Positions 47,678 through 56,291 of a stretch of 64,000 bases of DNA are shown piece after piece. The notes beneath the pieces are model-generated. The model ran no database searches and had not been told where the DNA came from. It saw only the letters and a list, made by a program, of their open reading frames with translations. Source of the DNA: a bacterium (GTDB lineage Bacteria > Actinomycetota > Acidimicrobiia > Spongiisociales > JAENVV01); contig JAHEDI010000009.1 of assembly GCA_024641305.1 (NCBI GenBank), positions 32,174 through 96,173 of the forward strand. The letters run 5' to 3'. The position numbers and the translations under genes were made by a program. Numbering within the stretch: position 1 is the first letter of the stretch; every line of letters starts with the position of its first letter.

Positions 47678-48922
47678 ATGTCTTCGACCATCACCGCTCC
47701 TCGAATCCGAACCATATTGACGGCTGCCGTCCTTGTGCTTGGCATGGTCTTCACACTCCCTAGTGCCGCCGATGGCGCGGTAGCCTCGGGTGGAGACTCG
47801 GTCCGCTTTGCCACATTCAATGCCTCACTCAATCGGAATAACGCCGGTGACCTGGCGGCGGAGCTATCGGCGCCCGGCAGCACCCAACCCGACGTGATCG
47901 CCGAAATCATTCAACGGACTCGGCCAGATGTGCTGCTCATCAACGAATTCGACTACGACGCCGGCAACCTTGCACTCGAGGGATTCCAGGCCAACTATCT
48001 GGCGGTCGCCCACGGATCCGCCGCCCCAATCGTTTATCCCTTCCGGTATACCGCACCGTCGAATACCGGAATCTACTCTGGGTTTGACCTCGACAACAGC
48101 GGCGTGGCCGGCGACTTTGTCCCCAACGACGCGTTCGGTTTCGGTTTCTTCCCCGGACAGTACGGTATGGCCGTGTATTCCATGTACCCGATCGACTACG
48201 ACTCGATCCGAACGTTCCAGAACTTCTTGTGGAAAGACATGCCCGGCGCCCTTCTCCCGGACGATCCAACGTTCGCTGGTCTGGCCGACTGGTACTCCCC
48301 CGCCGAGTTAGACGTGTTCCGTCTCTCCTCGAAGAGCCATTGGGACGTCCCGATTGAGATCGGCAAGCGGACTGTTCACTTCCTGGTCAGTCATCCGACG
48401 CCTCCAGTGTTCGATGGTCCCGAGGACCGCAACGGGACCCGCAACTTTGACGAAATTCGCTTCTGGGCCGACTACATCCATCCCGGGCGCAGCGGTTACA
48501 TCTACGACGACAACGGCGGCACCGGCGGACTGGCCGCCGACGCATTGTTCGTGATCGCCGGCGATCAGAATTCAGACCCACTCGATGGCGACAGTATCCC
48601 TGGCGCCATCCAGCAGCTCCTGAATCATCCAAAGGTGAATACCAAGGTGACTCCAACCAGCCCGGGGGCTCCCGAGCAGTCGGCCTTGCAAGGCGGCGCC
48701 AACACGACACATCTCAGCGACCCGGTGTACGACACGGCTGACTTCTCGGACTTCAGCCCTGGCAACCTGAGAGCTGACTATGTATTGCCGCGCAAGAACA
48801 TGCAGATGATCGGCGCCGGGGTGTTCTGGCCCGTATCGACCGATCCGCTGTTCACTCTGGTCGGCACGTACCCCTTCCCCAGCTCGGACCACCGACTGGT
48901 CTGGATCGACGTCCGACCCTAA
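47678..48922 (+). CDS. Secreted endonuclease/exonuclease/phosphatase (EEP) family protein
   Basis: Signal peptide, RFATFNASLNR, PDVLLINEFDYD, SHPTPPVFDG, AGDQNSDP, LRADYVLP, SSDHRLVW. Confidence 0.88.
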   Translation: MSSTITAPRIRTILTAAVLVLGMVFTLPSAADGAVASGGDSVRFATFNASLNRNNAGDLAAELSAPGSTQPDVIAEIIQRTRPDVLLINEFDYDAGNLALEGFQANYLAVAHGSAAPIVYPFRYTAPSNTGIYSGFDLDNSGVAGDFVPNDAFGFGFFPGQYGMAVYSMYPIDYDSIRTFQNFLWKDMPGALLPDDPTFAGLADWYSPAELDVFRLSSKSHWDVPIEIGKRTVHFLVSHPTPPVFDGPEDRNGTRNFDEIRFWADYIHPGRSGYIYDDNGGTGGLAADALFVIAGDQNSDPLDGDSIPGAIQQLLNHPKVNTKVTPTSPGAPEQSALQGGANTTHLSDPVYDTADFSDFSPGNLRADYVLPRKNMQMIGAGVFWPVSTDPLFTLVGTYPFPSSDHRLVWIDVRP

Positions 48923-48940
48923 GCATGTCTCAACCTTTCC

Positions 48941-48966
48941 GAGATGGGCCCATCGGGGCCCATCTC
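48941..48966. terminator. Perfect 11-bp hairpin between convergent genes
   Basis: GAGATGGGCCC-ATCG-GGGCCCATCTC between the stops at 48922 and 48979. Confidence 0.7.
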
Positions 48967-48978
48967 CGCTTGGGCCGT

Positions 48979-50193
48979 TCAGGTACCGGGCCGGTCGGGC
49001 ACAGGTGCGTCCTGGCGAATGAACCGAGCCGCCTTGAGCAACAATGTGTTGTTGGCGCCATCTGAATGAAGGAACGCGGCGGCGTCTCGAACGAGCTTCT
49101 CGATCCCCGTGTCGCGCATGTAGCCATAGCCGCCGTGCAGTTCGAGGGCGCTTGTCACGACTTCCCAGGCGACCTCTGACGCGAAGACCTTCGGGAGTGC
49201 CCCCATCTTTGGGTCCCATCCCAGCTGGCGGTTGTCTGCCATCCACACTGCCCGATGTATGTAGGCCTGCGCGGCGTCGATGTTCATTCGCATCCGGCTG
49301 AGGACCAGCGCAACCGAGTCCTTCTCGAGCAGATAGCTTCCGCCCTGGTAGCGGGTCCGGGTCCACTCAAGTGCCTGCGAATAGGCCGCTTGAGCGACAC
49401 CGAGGACGCTGGCTGCCGCGTAGGCATTCGAAGCGGGAAAAAACTGGACGAGTACATCGAAACCTCTCCCAACTTCACCGAGAACGTTTTCGTCCGGGAT
49501 GAAGCAATCATCAAAGAAGAGTTCCGAGTTGTTGGCGAGCCGTTCACCCATCTTGTCGTGGACCCGACCGATCGTAAAGCCGGGAGCTGATCGCTCAACC
49601 AGAAAACAGGTGCTACCGGCCACCAGGCCTTTGCCCGGTTCGGTTTGGGCAAACAGCAAGTAGAGACGAGCCCGGTTCCCGTTGGAGATGAAATGTTTCT
49701 GGCCGTTGACGATCCAGCCGCCTTCGGTGCGCACCGCCTTGGTGCGAAAATCTCCCGGAGCGTACGGGATGATGTAGTCCGAAGACCGATCCGGCTCAGT
49801 GATGCCGATCGCCAGTAAACCGCGCGGATCAGCGGCGTAATCTGGAATGAAACGCTCCTGCTGGTCAGGCGTCGCCGCAGCCTGCAATGTCTGGGCAATC
49901 TTGAGCGTCTGGGCGAAGACCACCGATACTCCGAGATCGAACTTTCCAAGTTCTTCGATAATCATCGCCGTGGTAAGCGAGTCGATGCCCGCCCCGCCGT
50001 ACTCCTTGGCGAGAGTGGCAGTTCGTATCCCGGCTGCGTCCGCCTGCTCGACGATATCCCACGAAAAACAGTCGGCCGGATCGGTGCGGCGGTCGAGCTC
50101 ATCGGCCACTGGTGCCACCACGTCGTTGCCGAACCTCCGGGTGATCTCCAGCAATGCCTGCTGGTCCGAACTCAGACTTGCTCCCTGCACCAT
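48979..50193 (-). CDS. Acyl-CoA dehydrogenase superfamily flavoprotein (atypical catalytic residue)
   Basis: IGITEPDRSSD, VNGQKHFISNG, DKMGER, ALELHGGYGYM...EKLVRD; C-terminal site reads HSDG rather than YEG. Confidence 0.85.
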   Translation of the reverse strand: MVQGASLSSDQQALLEITRRFGNDVVAPVADELDRRTDPADCFSWDIVEQADAAGIRTATLAKEYGGAGIDSLTTAMIIEELGKFDLGVSVVFAQTLKIAQTLQAAATPDQQERFIPDYAADPRGLLAIGITEPDRSSDYIIPYAPGDFRTKAVRTEGGWIVNGQKHFISNGNRARLYLLFAQTEPGKGLVAGSTCFLVERSAPGFTIGRVHDKMGERLANNSELFFDDCFIPDENVLGEVGRGFDVLVQFFPASNAYAAASVLGVAQAAYSQALEWTRTRYQGGSYLLEKDSVALVLSRMRMNIDAAQAYIHRAVWMADNRQLGWDPKMGALPKVFASEVAWEVVTSALELHGGYGYMRDTGIEKLVRDAAAFLHSDGANNTLLLKAARFIRQDAPVPDRPGT

Positions 50194-50419
50194 CAGCTCC
50201 TGTCACTTGATAGCCATTGCCTGCATCGTCCCGGACTGAGACGGCGGCCTGTTGGCCAACCTACTCCCGCCACCGATACTGCCCGATTCGTCGGGCGCGG
50301 CTCTTCGACTGATTCGTCATCGCGACGCAGTCCTCAAAGGAATAGGTCGCCAGACTTCCGCTACCGGTCGGCCAAAGTGTCGGTACTATCCGGCTGGCAG
50401 CAATCGGGAGGATTGACAC

Positions 50420-51175
50420 ATGAATACAGATGCTTGGTTTGATTTCTCCGACCACGTGGTCCTAGTTAGCGGTGGGGCGGGCGGCATCGGAAGGGAGATA
50501 TCGCGGGCCTTCGCTCACCATGGAGCTCATGTGGTGGTCGCCGACATCGACGGTGGTGCCGCTGAGACAGTTGCCTCCGAGATCGGAACGGCGACTCCCG
50601 CCCAGGTCGACGTTCGCAATGGCAACGCAGTCGAAACCCTCATTGCCGAAACATGCCATCAGCACGGCAAGATCGATGTGTTGGTCAACACGGCCGCCAT
50701 CTATGTTCGAGTACCGGCTCTTGAGCTATCCGAGACCGACTACGACCGAACGATGGACATCAACGTGAAAGGCACCTGGCTCATGTGCCAGGCGGCCGCA
50801 CGCCGCATGATCGAAGGTCAGTCGGGGCGGATCATTAACTACACGTCAAACGCAGGTAACCGCGGTTCGGCGCTCCAGCTCGCCTACAACGCTTCGAAGG
50901 CAGCAGTCATTTCGATCACAAAGTCCCTGGCTGTCGAGTGGGGTCACACCGGCGTCACGGTCAACGCCGTTGCGCCAGGACCAACGGATACAGCTCTGAT
51001 GGCACCGGCTTTCACCGATCGGGCACTCGTCGAAAGTTTTGCCCAGAGGATCCCGCAAGGTCGACTGACGCCGCCCGACGTCACGGTCGGTCCGGTGCTC
51101 TTCCTCGCTTCGCCACTGGCTGGGTCAATCACCGGTCACACCCTTTATGCCGACGGCGGAATGAGTGCCACCTAG
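50420..51175 (+). CDS. SDR family oxidoreductase
   Basis: SGGAGGIG, LVNTAA, YNASKAA, VAPGPTDT, ADGG. Confidence 0.92.
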   Translation: MNTDAWFDFSDHVVLVSGGAGGIGREISRAFAHHGAHVVVADIDGGAAETVASEIGTATPAQVDVRNGNAVETLIAETCHQHGKIDVLVNTAAIYVRVPALELSETDYDRTMDINVKGTWLMCQAAARRMIEGQSGRIINYTSNAGNRGSALQLAYNASKAAVISITKSLAVEWGHTGVTVNAVAPGPTDTALMAPAFTDRALVESFAQRIPQGRLTPPDVTVGPVLFLASPLAGSITGHTLYADGGMSAT

Positions 51176-51197
51176 GCCGGCAGGAACCGCCCGCTTC

Positions 51198-51650
51198 TCA
51201 GTCCCGGGCCGTGACGGCGACGCCGCCAGCCCTGGTTGTGGCATGGATGCGCAGGCGCGGTGCGTCTTCTGGCAGCTCTTCGCTCGGCGTCACGTCGATA
51301 TCAACGCCGCCCATCTGAGCATCCGTCTCGACATCGACTGCCCAGCCTCCCGGCACAAAGACGCGTACCCCACCCAGTGCGGCGGTAAGTTCGAGATCAG
51401 CACCCATCGGATCGACACTGGCATCGCGCAGGTCGACTTCCAAGCCGCCCAGGGCAGCCACAGCCGATCCCGACTTCAGCGCAGTTGCAATACTGTGGAA
51501 CCGCTTCCCACCGAAGATGGCGGCGATCCGGAAGTCATTGGTGCCTTCATTGCCGGTTGTCATCTTCCGTGAGGCCAGGTGGCCAACTGCGAACGCGAAA
51601 GCTTCAACCACGGTTATCCATAGAAAGATCCGCCCAAGTTTTCTGACCAT
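51198..51650 (-). CDS. LiaF/DUF2154-like cell-envelope stress protein
   Basis: N-terminal TM, AIFGG, AALGGLEVDLRDA, ALGGVRVFVPGGWAV, QMGGVD. Confidence 0.75.
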   Translation of the reverse strand: MVRKLGRIFLWITVVEAFAFAVGHLASRKMTTGNEGTNDFRIAAIFGGKRFHSIATALKSGSAVAALGGLEVDLRDASVDPMGADLELTAALGGVRVFVPGGWAVDVETDAQMGGVDIDVTPSEELPEDAPRLRIHATTRAGGVAVTARD

Positions 51651-52141
51651 ACCAGTCCTTTCTGGATGGAGCACAAAACCTAGTCCGGCGCGAAGCGTGA
51701 ATCGCCTGCTTGTTCATAGTCATCAAGCTGAAACGGGTAGTTGATCGCACCTGTCGACGATCCGACGTTCACAACACCCGGTCACCGACCCCAAGGCGGC
51801 TTCCCACGATATGGCTTTCCACGGCGTCGACGTATGGATGCCACGGTGACAAGAGACGAAACAGATCCAGCGACGGTTGCAGTCGCCGTGGCGACGGGGT
51901 CGGCCGGTTCGGCTATCGCTCCGATCATGGAAGCGGCGGACCACGACGATCGGCGTCGAATGCAGATCCAGAGTTCGTTAGCGACCAGCTTTCGCCGGTG
52001 ACCTAGAACCGATCAGCGGTGAACCCTCTATTCGCCCCTTCTGACACCACGGAAACCAAACTAGGGACGAATTGCCCACCGACCTCTGGTCATTCGCCAG
52101 GGATCCGTAAGGGCCTTTCTGGCATAACGTTGCTAGCGGCA

Positions 52142-52160
52142 GGTCGACACCGTGTCGACC
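52142..52160. promoter_or_regulatory. Perfect 9-bp palindrome upstream of the cytochrome cluster
   Basis: GGTCGACAC-C-GTGTCGACC, 23 nt before the GTG at 52184. Confidence 0.5.
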
Positions 52161-52183
52161 GCCGCCCGCAAGCTGGAGTGCAT

Positions 52184-53380
52184 GTGGATACAGACCGAAA
52201 CATCGATTCGGATCTGAATGTAGCTACCTTCGATCGTCCGGATGGACCACGCTGGGCCGCCAGACGTTCGTCGGTCCGGAGGCTGACGGCGGGTGCTTTT
52301 GCCTTGATTGCCTGCACCGCGTTGCTGATGCTTGCTTTCGATCCGGGCGGAGTTGCGTCTGCTCAGGATGATGCTCGTTTCAACAACGACACCTGCCTGA
52401 GCTGTCACGATGTTCCGAGTCTTGAAGTACCACTTCCGTCCGGCGAAACCCTGAACGCGACGGTTGACTCGGACACCTACGCCGCATCGGTACATGGCCA
52501 ATTGGAACTTCCGTGCGTCCTCTGCCACACCGACATCGACGGATACCCGCACCCCGAAGTTGTGGCTGAAACATTGCGAGATTTCGCAGTCGAACGGTAC
52601 ACCTCATGTTTCGGCTGCCATCAAGATCAATACTCAGCGACCGTCGACAACGTTCACGCTCGAGCGCGCGCCGAAGGTAACTCGGCAGCTGCGGTTTGTA
52701 CCGACTGTCACGGCGCACACGACGTCGCCCGCCCGAGTCACAATGACGTCGACATCACCCAAACTTGCCGGTCGTGCCATTCCGAGGTCTACGACCTGTA
52801 CGCCGGCAGCGTTCATGGAGCGGCATTGACCGACGGCAACACAGACGTGCCGACGTGTACCGACTGCCACGGTGTCCACGATTCTCAGGGGCCCACCGAC
52901 ACCAACTTCCATCTCTTTTCCCCTCAACTCTGTGCCGACTGCCACGCCGACCAGGAACTGATGGGCAAGTACGGCATCAGTACGGATGTTTTCGATACGT
53001 ACGTGTCCGACTTCCACGGCTCAACAGTTGTTCTTTTCGAGGAACTGGCCCCTGATCAAGAGACCAACAAACCCGTGTGCGTCGACTGCCACGGCGTTCA
53101 CCACATCACGGCTCCAACCGACCCGGAGAGCTCGGTCTTCAAGGAAAACATCCTGAGCACCTGCCAGCGTTGTCACCCCGACGCCACGACAAACTTCCCG
53201 GCCGCCTGGCTCAGTCACTATCAGCCGAGCCCCGGCAAGACCACCCTCGTATTTGTGGTTCGACTTTTCTACCGGATCCTGATCCCGGTGGTCATCGGGG
53301 CCATGCTCGTTTACATCATCTTCGATCTGGCCCGGCGAGGTCGATTCCACCGTAAGGCCGAACGTGTCCAGCACAGCTGA
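52184..53380 (+). CDS. Nonaheme cytochrome c with C-terminal membrane anchor (CbcL c-domain-like)
   Basis: Nine CxxCH motifs: CLSCH, CVLCH, CFGCH, CTDCH, CRSCH, CTDCH, CADCH, CVDCH, CQRCH. N-terminal signal/TM and C-terminal TM. GGAG before the GTG at 52184 (ORF open to 52019). Confidence 0.9.
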   Translation: MDTDRNIDSDLNVATFDRPDGPRWAARRSSVRRLTAGAFALIACTALLMLAFDPGGVASAQDDARFNNDTCLSCHDVPSLEVPLPSGETLNATVDSDTYAASVHGQLELPCVLCHTDIDGYPHPEVVAETLRDFAVERYTSCFGCHQDQYSATVDNVHARARAEGNSAAAVCTDCHGAHDVARPSHNDVDITQTCRSCHSEVYDLYAGSVHGAALTDGNTDVPTCTDCHGVHDSQGPTDTNFHLFSPQLCADCHADQELMGKYGISTDVFDTYVSDFHGSTVVLFEELAPDQETNKPVCVDCHGVHHITAPTDPESSVFKENILSTCQRCHPDATTNFPAAWLSHYQPSPGKTTLVFVVRLFYRILIPVVIGAMLVYIIFDLARRGRFHRKAERVQHS

Positions 53381-54560
53381 ATCCACCAGCATCCTGCGTT
53401 TTACGGTTTCGGACCGTCTTGAACACATCGCCCAAATAACCACTTTTGTCCCCCTCGCCGTCACCGGACTGGTGCAGCGCTACGCAGGTAGCGGACTCTC
53501 GCAGGGGATCATCACCCTCTTCGGCGGCATCGAAAGCGTACGAATTATCCACCGGGTATTCGCGGCAATCCTGATGGTGGCGGTCGTCTACCACCTGGGA
53601 GCCATCGGATACCGGCGATTCGTACTGAATATTCCCCGCAGCATGGGTCCATCCCTGGCCGACTTGCGAGCCGCCGGCCAGACACTCGCCTACAACCTCA
53701 GGAGGCGCGACTCTCGTCCGCCGCAGGGTCGGTACACATTCGAGGAGAAGATCGAGTATTGGTCCCTGGTGTGGGGTACGGTCCTCATGGTCGCGACAGG
53801 ATTCCTTCTATGGAACCCGATCGCCGGCGCAAAGATACTCCCTGGCTCCTTCATCCCCGCAGCCCGAGCCGCCCATGGCGGGGAAGCAGTGCTGGCTATT
53901 CTGGCCATTCTGGTCTGGCACTTCTACCACGTGCATCTCAAACATTTCAACAAGAGCATCTTCACCGGATACATGACGCTCGAAGAAATGGAGTCCGAGC
54001 ACCCCCTCGCTTTGACCATGGAAGTGGCGGACCCGCCGTCACAGGACGAACTCCGCCACCGGCGCAACAGGTATGTCCCGCTCTACAGTTTGGGAGCGTT
54101 CGTTCTGCTCATCGGAATCTGGCTCTTTGTCAGCTTCGAGGACACCGCCATCACCACCATCGAACCGCTGGAAAGCCCGGCGGTCTACGCTCCGATCCCC
54201 ACCACGACCATGCCGCTCGCCACTACCACGACCATGGCCACCACCGGGTCGACGCTGCCCAGCACAACGACAACTGTGATCGTGATCGCCGAAGATCTCA
54301 CCTGGGCCTCTATCGGCCCGATCTTCGAGGCGAAATGCCTCATGTGCCACGGCGCGACGAACCAAACTGCCGGCTTGAGCCTCGCCACCTTCAATGACAC
54401 CATTGCCGGAGGAAACGACGGACCCGGTGTCGTCCCTGGCGACCCCGGGACTTCGATGATCGTGACGATCCAGGAGGCCGGCGGACATCCCGGCCAACTC
54501 GACGCCAACGAAATCGCCAACCTACGCGCCTGGATCGACGCGGGCGCCCCGGAAAAGTGA
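53364..54560 (+). CDS. FdnI/HydC-type diheme cytochrome b + extra TM + Pro/Thr linker + monoheme cytochrome c (PSCyt-like)
   Basis: RFTVSDRLEH, IIHR, YTFEEKIEYW, AHGGEAVLAILAILVWHFYHVH (b-heme His); CLMCH at 54336-54350; PGDPGTS...EIANLRAWIDAGA. Confidence 0.88.
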   Translation: MSSTAESTSILRFTVSDRLEHIAQITTFVPLAVTGLVQRYAGSGLSQGIITLFGGIESVRIIHRVFAAILMVAVVYHLGAIGYRRFVLNIPRSMGPSLADLRAAGQTLAYNLRRRDSRPPQGRYTFEEKIEYWSLVWGTVLMVATGFLLWNPIAGAKILPGSFIPAARAAHGGEAVLAILAILVWHFYHVHLKHFNKSIFTGYMTLEEMESEHPLALTMEVADPPSQDELRHRRNRYVPLYSLGAFVLLIGIWLFVSFEDTAITTIEPLESPAVYAPIPTTTMPLATTTTMATTGSTLPSTTTTVIVIAEDLTWASIGPIFEAKCLMCHGATNQTAGLSLATFNDTIAGGNDGPGVVPGDPGTSMIVTIQEAGGHPGQLDANEIANLRAWIDAGAPEK

Positions 54561-54647
54561 CATCGGCATGAACCCTCCCCTCCCATCACCATCCCGATCG
54601 GGCCGGTGTGCTCTAGCAGGCCGCTGCCCCGCTCCCTACCGTCAGGA

Positions 54648-56207
54648 ATGAACATGGAGCAAGAACCCGACCGCGGCGGAGAACCCCCTTCAGGAGTACT
54701 TCGAGAGACACGGACTCTGTATCAGCATCCTCTGGCAGCCGTCGGTGGCGCTCTCATTGTTGGTGGAGTCCTCGGCTTCATCGTGCTTTTCTTCTTCGAC
54801 TTCTTCTCACCGGGCGAGAACCCCTACCGGTCGCTGGTCACATTCATCGCCATTCCCGCGATAATCATTCTCGGAGTCTTGATATTCCTCATCTCGATCC
54901 GCATACAGGTCGTGCGGGCCCGACGACGCGGCGAACATGTCCGGTTCTTGCTACGCATCGAACCATCCGACCCCCGTTACATGCGCAACCTATGGCTCTT
55001 CCTCGGCTTGAGCGCCTTGTTCGTCACGCTCGCCGCATTCAGCGGCTTCAAAGCCTATGAGACCACCGACTCGGTGGCCTTCTGTGGGAGCGCCTGCCAC
55101 GACGTCATGGGTCCCCAAGACGTCACATACCTTAACGGTCCACATGCCCGGGTTCTCTGCGTGGACTGTCACATCGGTCCGGGTGGTTCTTTCTGGGTCA
55201 AGTCGAAAATCGACGGAATCCGACAGGTCCTGGCCGTGGCCACCGACAGCTATGACCGGCCGATCCACACTCCGGTCACGAGCCTCCGACCTGCCCAGGA
55301 AACCTGCGAGGGCTGCCACTGGCCGCAGCAGTTTCTCGGCCAGAAACTGATCACGAAGAATTACTTCCGGACCGACGAGAATAATTCACCTTGGACCATC
55401 AGCCTGCTAATGAACATCGGCGGCGGGAATCCGCGTACCGGGCGCCTGGAGGGAATCCACTGGCACATGCTCAGTGAGCAGAAAGTCGAGTACATCGCCA
55501 CAGATGAGCAACGCCAGGATATCGCCTGGGTCCGGGTAACCGATGCATCCGGCCAGGATGTGGCGGTCTTTTCGGACCCGAACGTCGACATCCCCGACCC
55601 GGAGGCCGAAACGACCGAAGTCCGCACCTTCGACTGCATGGACTGTCACAACCGACCCAGTCATGACTTCCTACCCCCGGCCACAGCCATGAACCTGGAA
55701 TTGTCCAAAGGCACCATCTCAACCGATTTACCGTTCATCCGCAAGGTTGGCCTGGATCTTCTGAATGCCCCCTACGAAACCAGCGCCGAAGCGAAAGCGG
55801 CGATAACCAGCGGCCTCCGTAACTTCTATCTAACCCAGTACAACAGCAAGTATGAAGTGCTGCGGGCCGATATCGACCAGACAGAGAAAGTGCTACACGA
55901 CATCTACGAGGCCAACTTCTTTCCGGAGATGAAAACGGACTACCGGGCCAGGGAGAACGATCTGAGCCACTTCGTGAGCCAGGGTTGTTTCCGCTGTCAC
56001 TTCTCGGACCTTGAGACCGAAACAGGTAGGAAGATCTCGAGCTCTTGCACTTCCTGCCACACCATCGTGGCCCAGGGACCAGCCGACAACGTCGCCGACC
56101 TGCCAAGCGATATCGGAGGTTTGGAGTTCGAACACCCCGTCGAGATTGGCGACGTATGGAAAACCGTGCGCTGTACCCAATGCCACTCGCCGGCCTCGGG
56201 TTACTAA
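54648..56207 (+). CDS. imcH: ImcH-like heptaheme inner-membrane cytochrome c (NapC/NirT-related N-domain)
   Basis: Three TM helices; CGSACH (CX3CH) plus CVDCH, CEGCH, CMDCH, CFRCH, CTSCH, CTQCH. PHARV, LRPAQETC..CHWP, GIHWH, CHNRPSH, NFFPEM and HPVEIG match Geobacter ImcH as recalled. Confidence 0.85.
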   Translation: MNMEQEPDRGGEPPSGVLRETRTLYQHPLAAVGGALIVGGVLGFIVLFFFDFFSPGENPYRSLVTFIAIPAIIILGVLIFLISIRIQVVRARRRGEHVRFLLRIEPSDPRYMRNLWLFLGLSALFVTLAAFSGFKAYETTDSVAFCGSACHDVMGPQDVTYLNGPHARVLCVDCHIGPGGSFWVKSKIDGIRQVLAVATDSYDRPIHTPVTSLRPAQETCEGCHWPQQFLGQKLITKNYFRTDENNSPWTISLLMNIGGGNPRTGRLEGIHWHMLSEQKVEYIATDEQRQDIAWVRVTDASGQDVAVFSDPNVDIPDPEAETTEVRTFDCMDCHNRPSHDFLPPATAMNLELSKGTISTDLPFIRKVGLDLLNAPYETSAEAKAAITSGLRNFYLTQYNSKYEVLRADIDQTEKVLHDIYEANFFPEMKTDYRARENDLSHFVSQGCFRCHFSDLETETGRKISSSCTSCHTIVAQGPADNVADLPSDIGGLEFEHPVEIGDVWKTVRCTQCHSPASGY

Positions 56208-56291
56208 GCCCCGACCTAGCCGTCCAGCCCTCCTCCCCGAATGACAGGTATTTCGAGGGTGAAGGAGCCCTAGTGTTGCCGAAGGCATCGG

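Noticed and set aside
51713-51726. FNR/Crp-like box TTCAT-N4-ATCAA, and a Rex half-site TTCACAA at 51768-51774
   Set aside because: One mismatch or half-site only, about 450 nt from the cytochrome start; expected by chance.
51741-52006. Short ORFs (86-98 aa) in the gap before the cytochrome cluster
   Set aside because: No RBS, no recognisable motifs and mutually overlapping frames; treated as a regulatory region.
52019-52183. N-terminal extension of the nonaheme ORF
   Set aside because: Low-complexity translation, would place the signal peptide too far inside, and the better RBS is at 52184.
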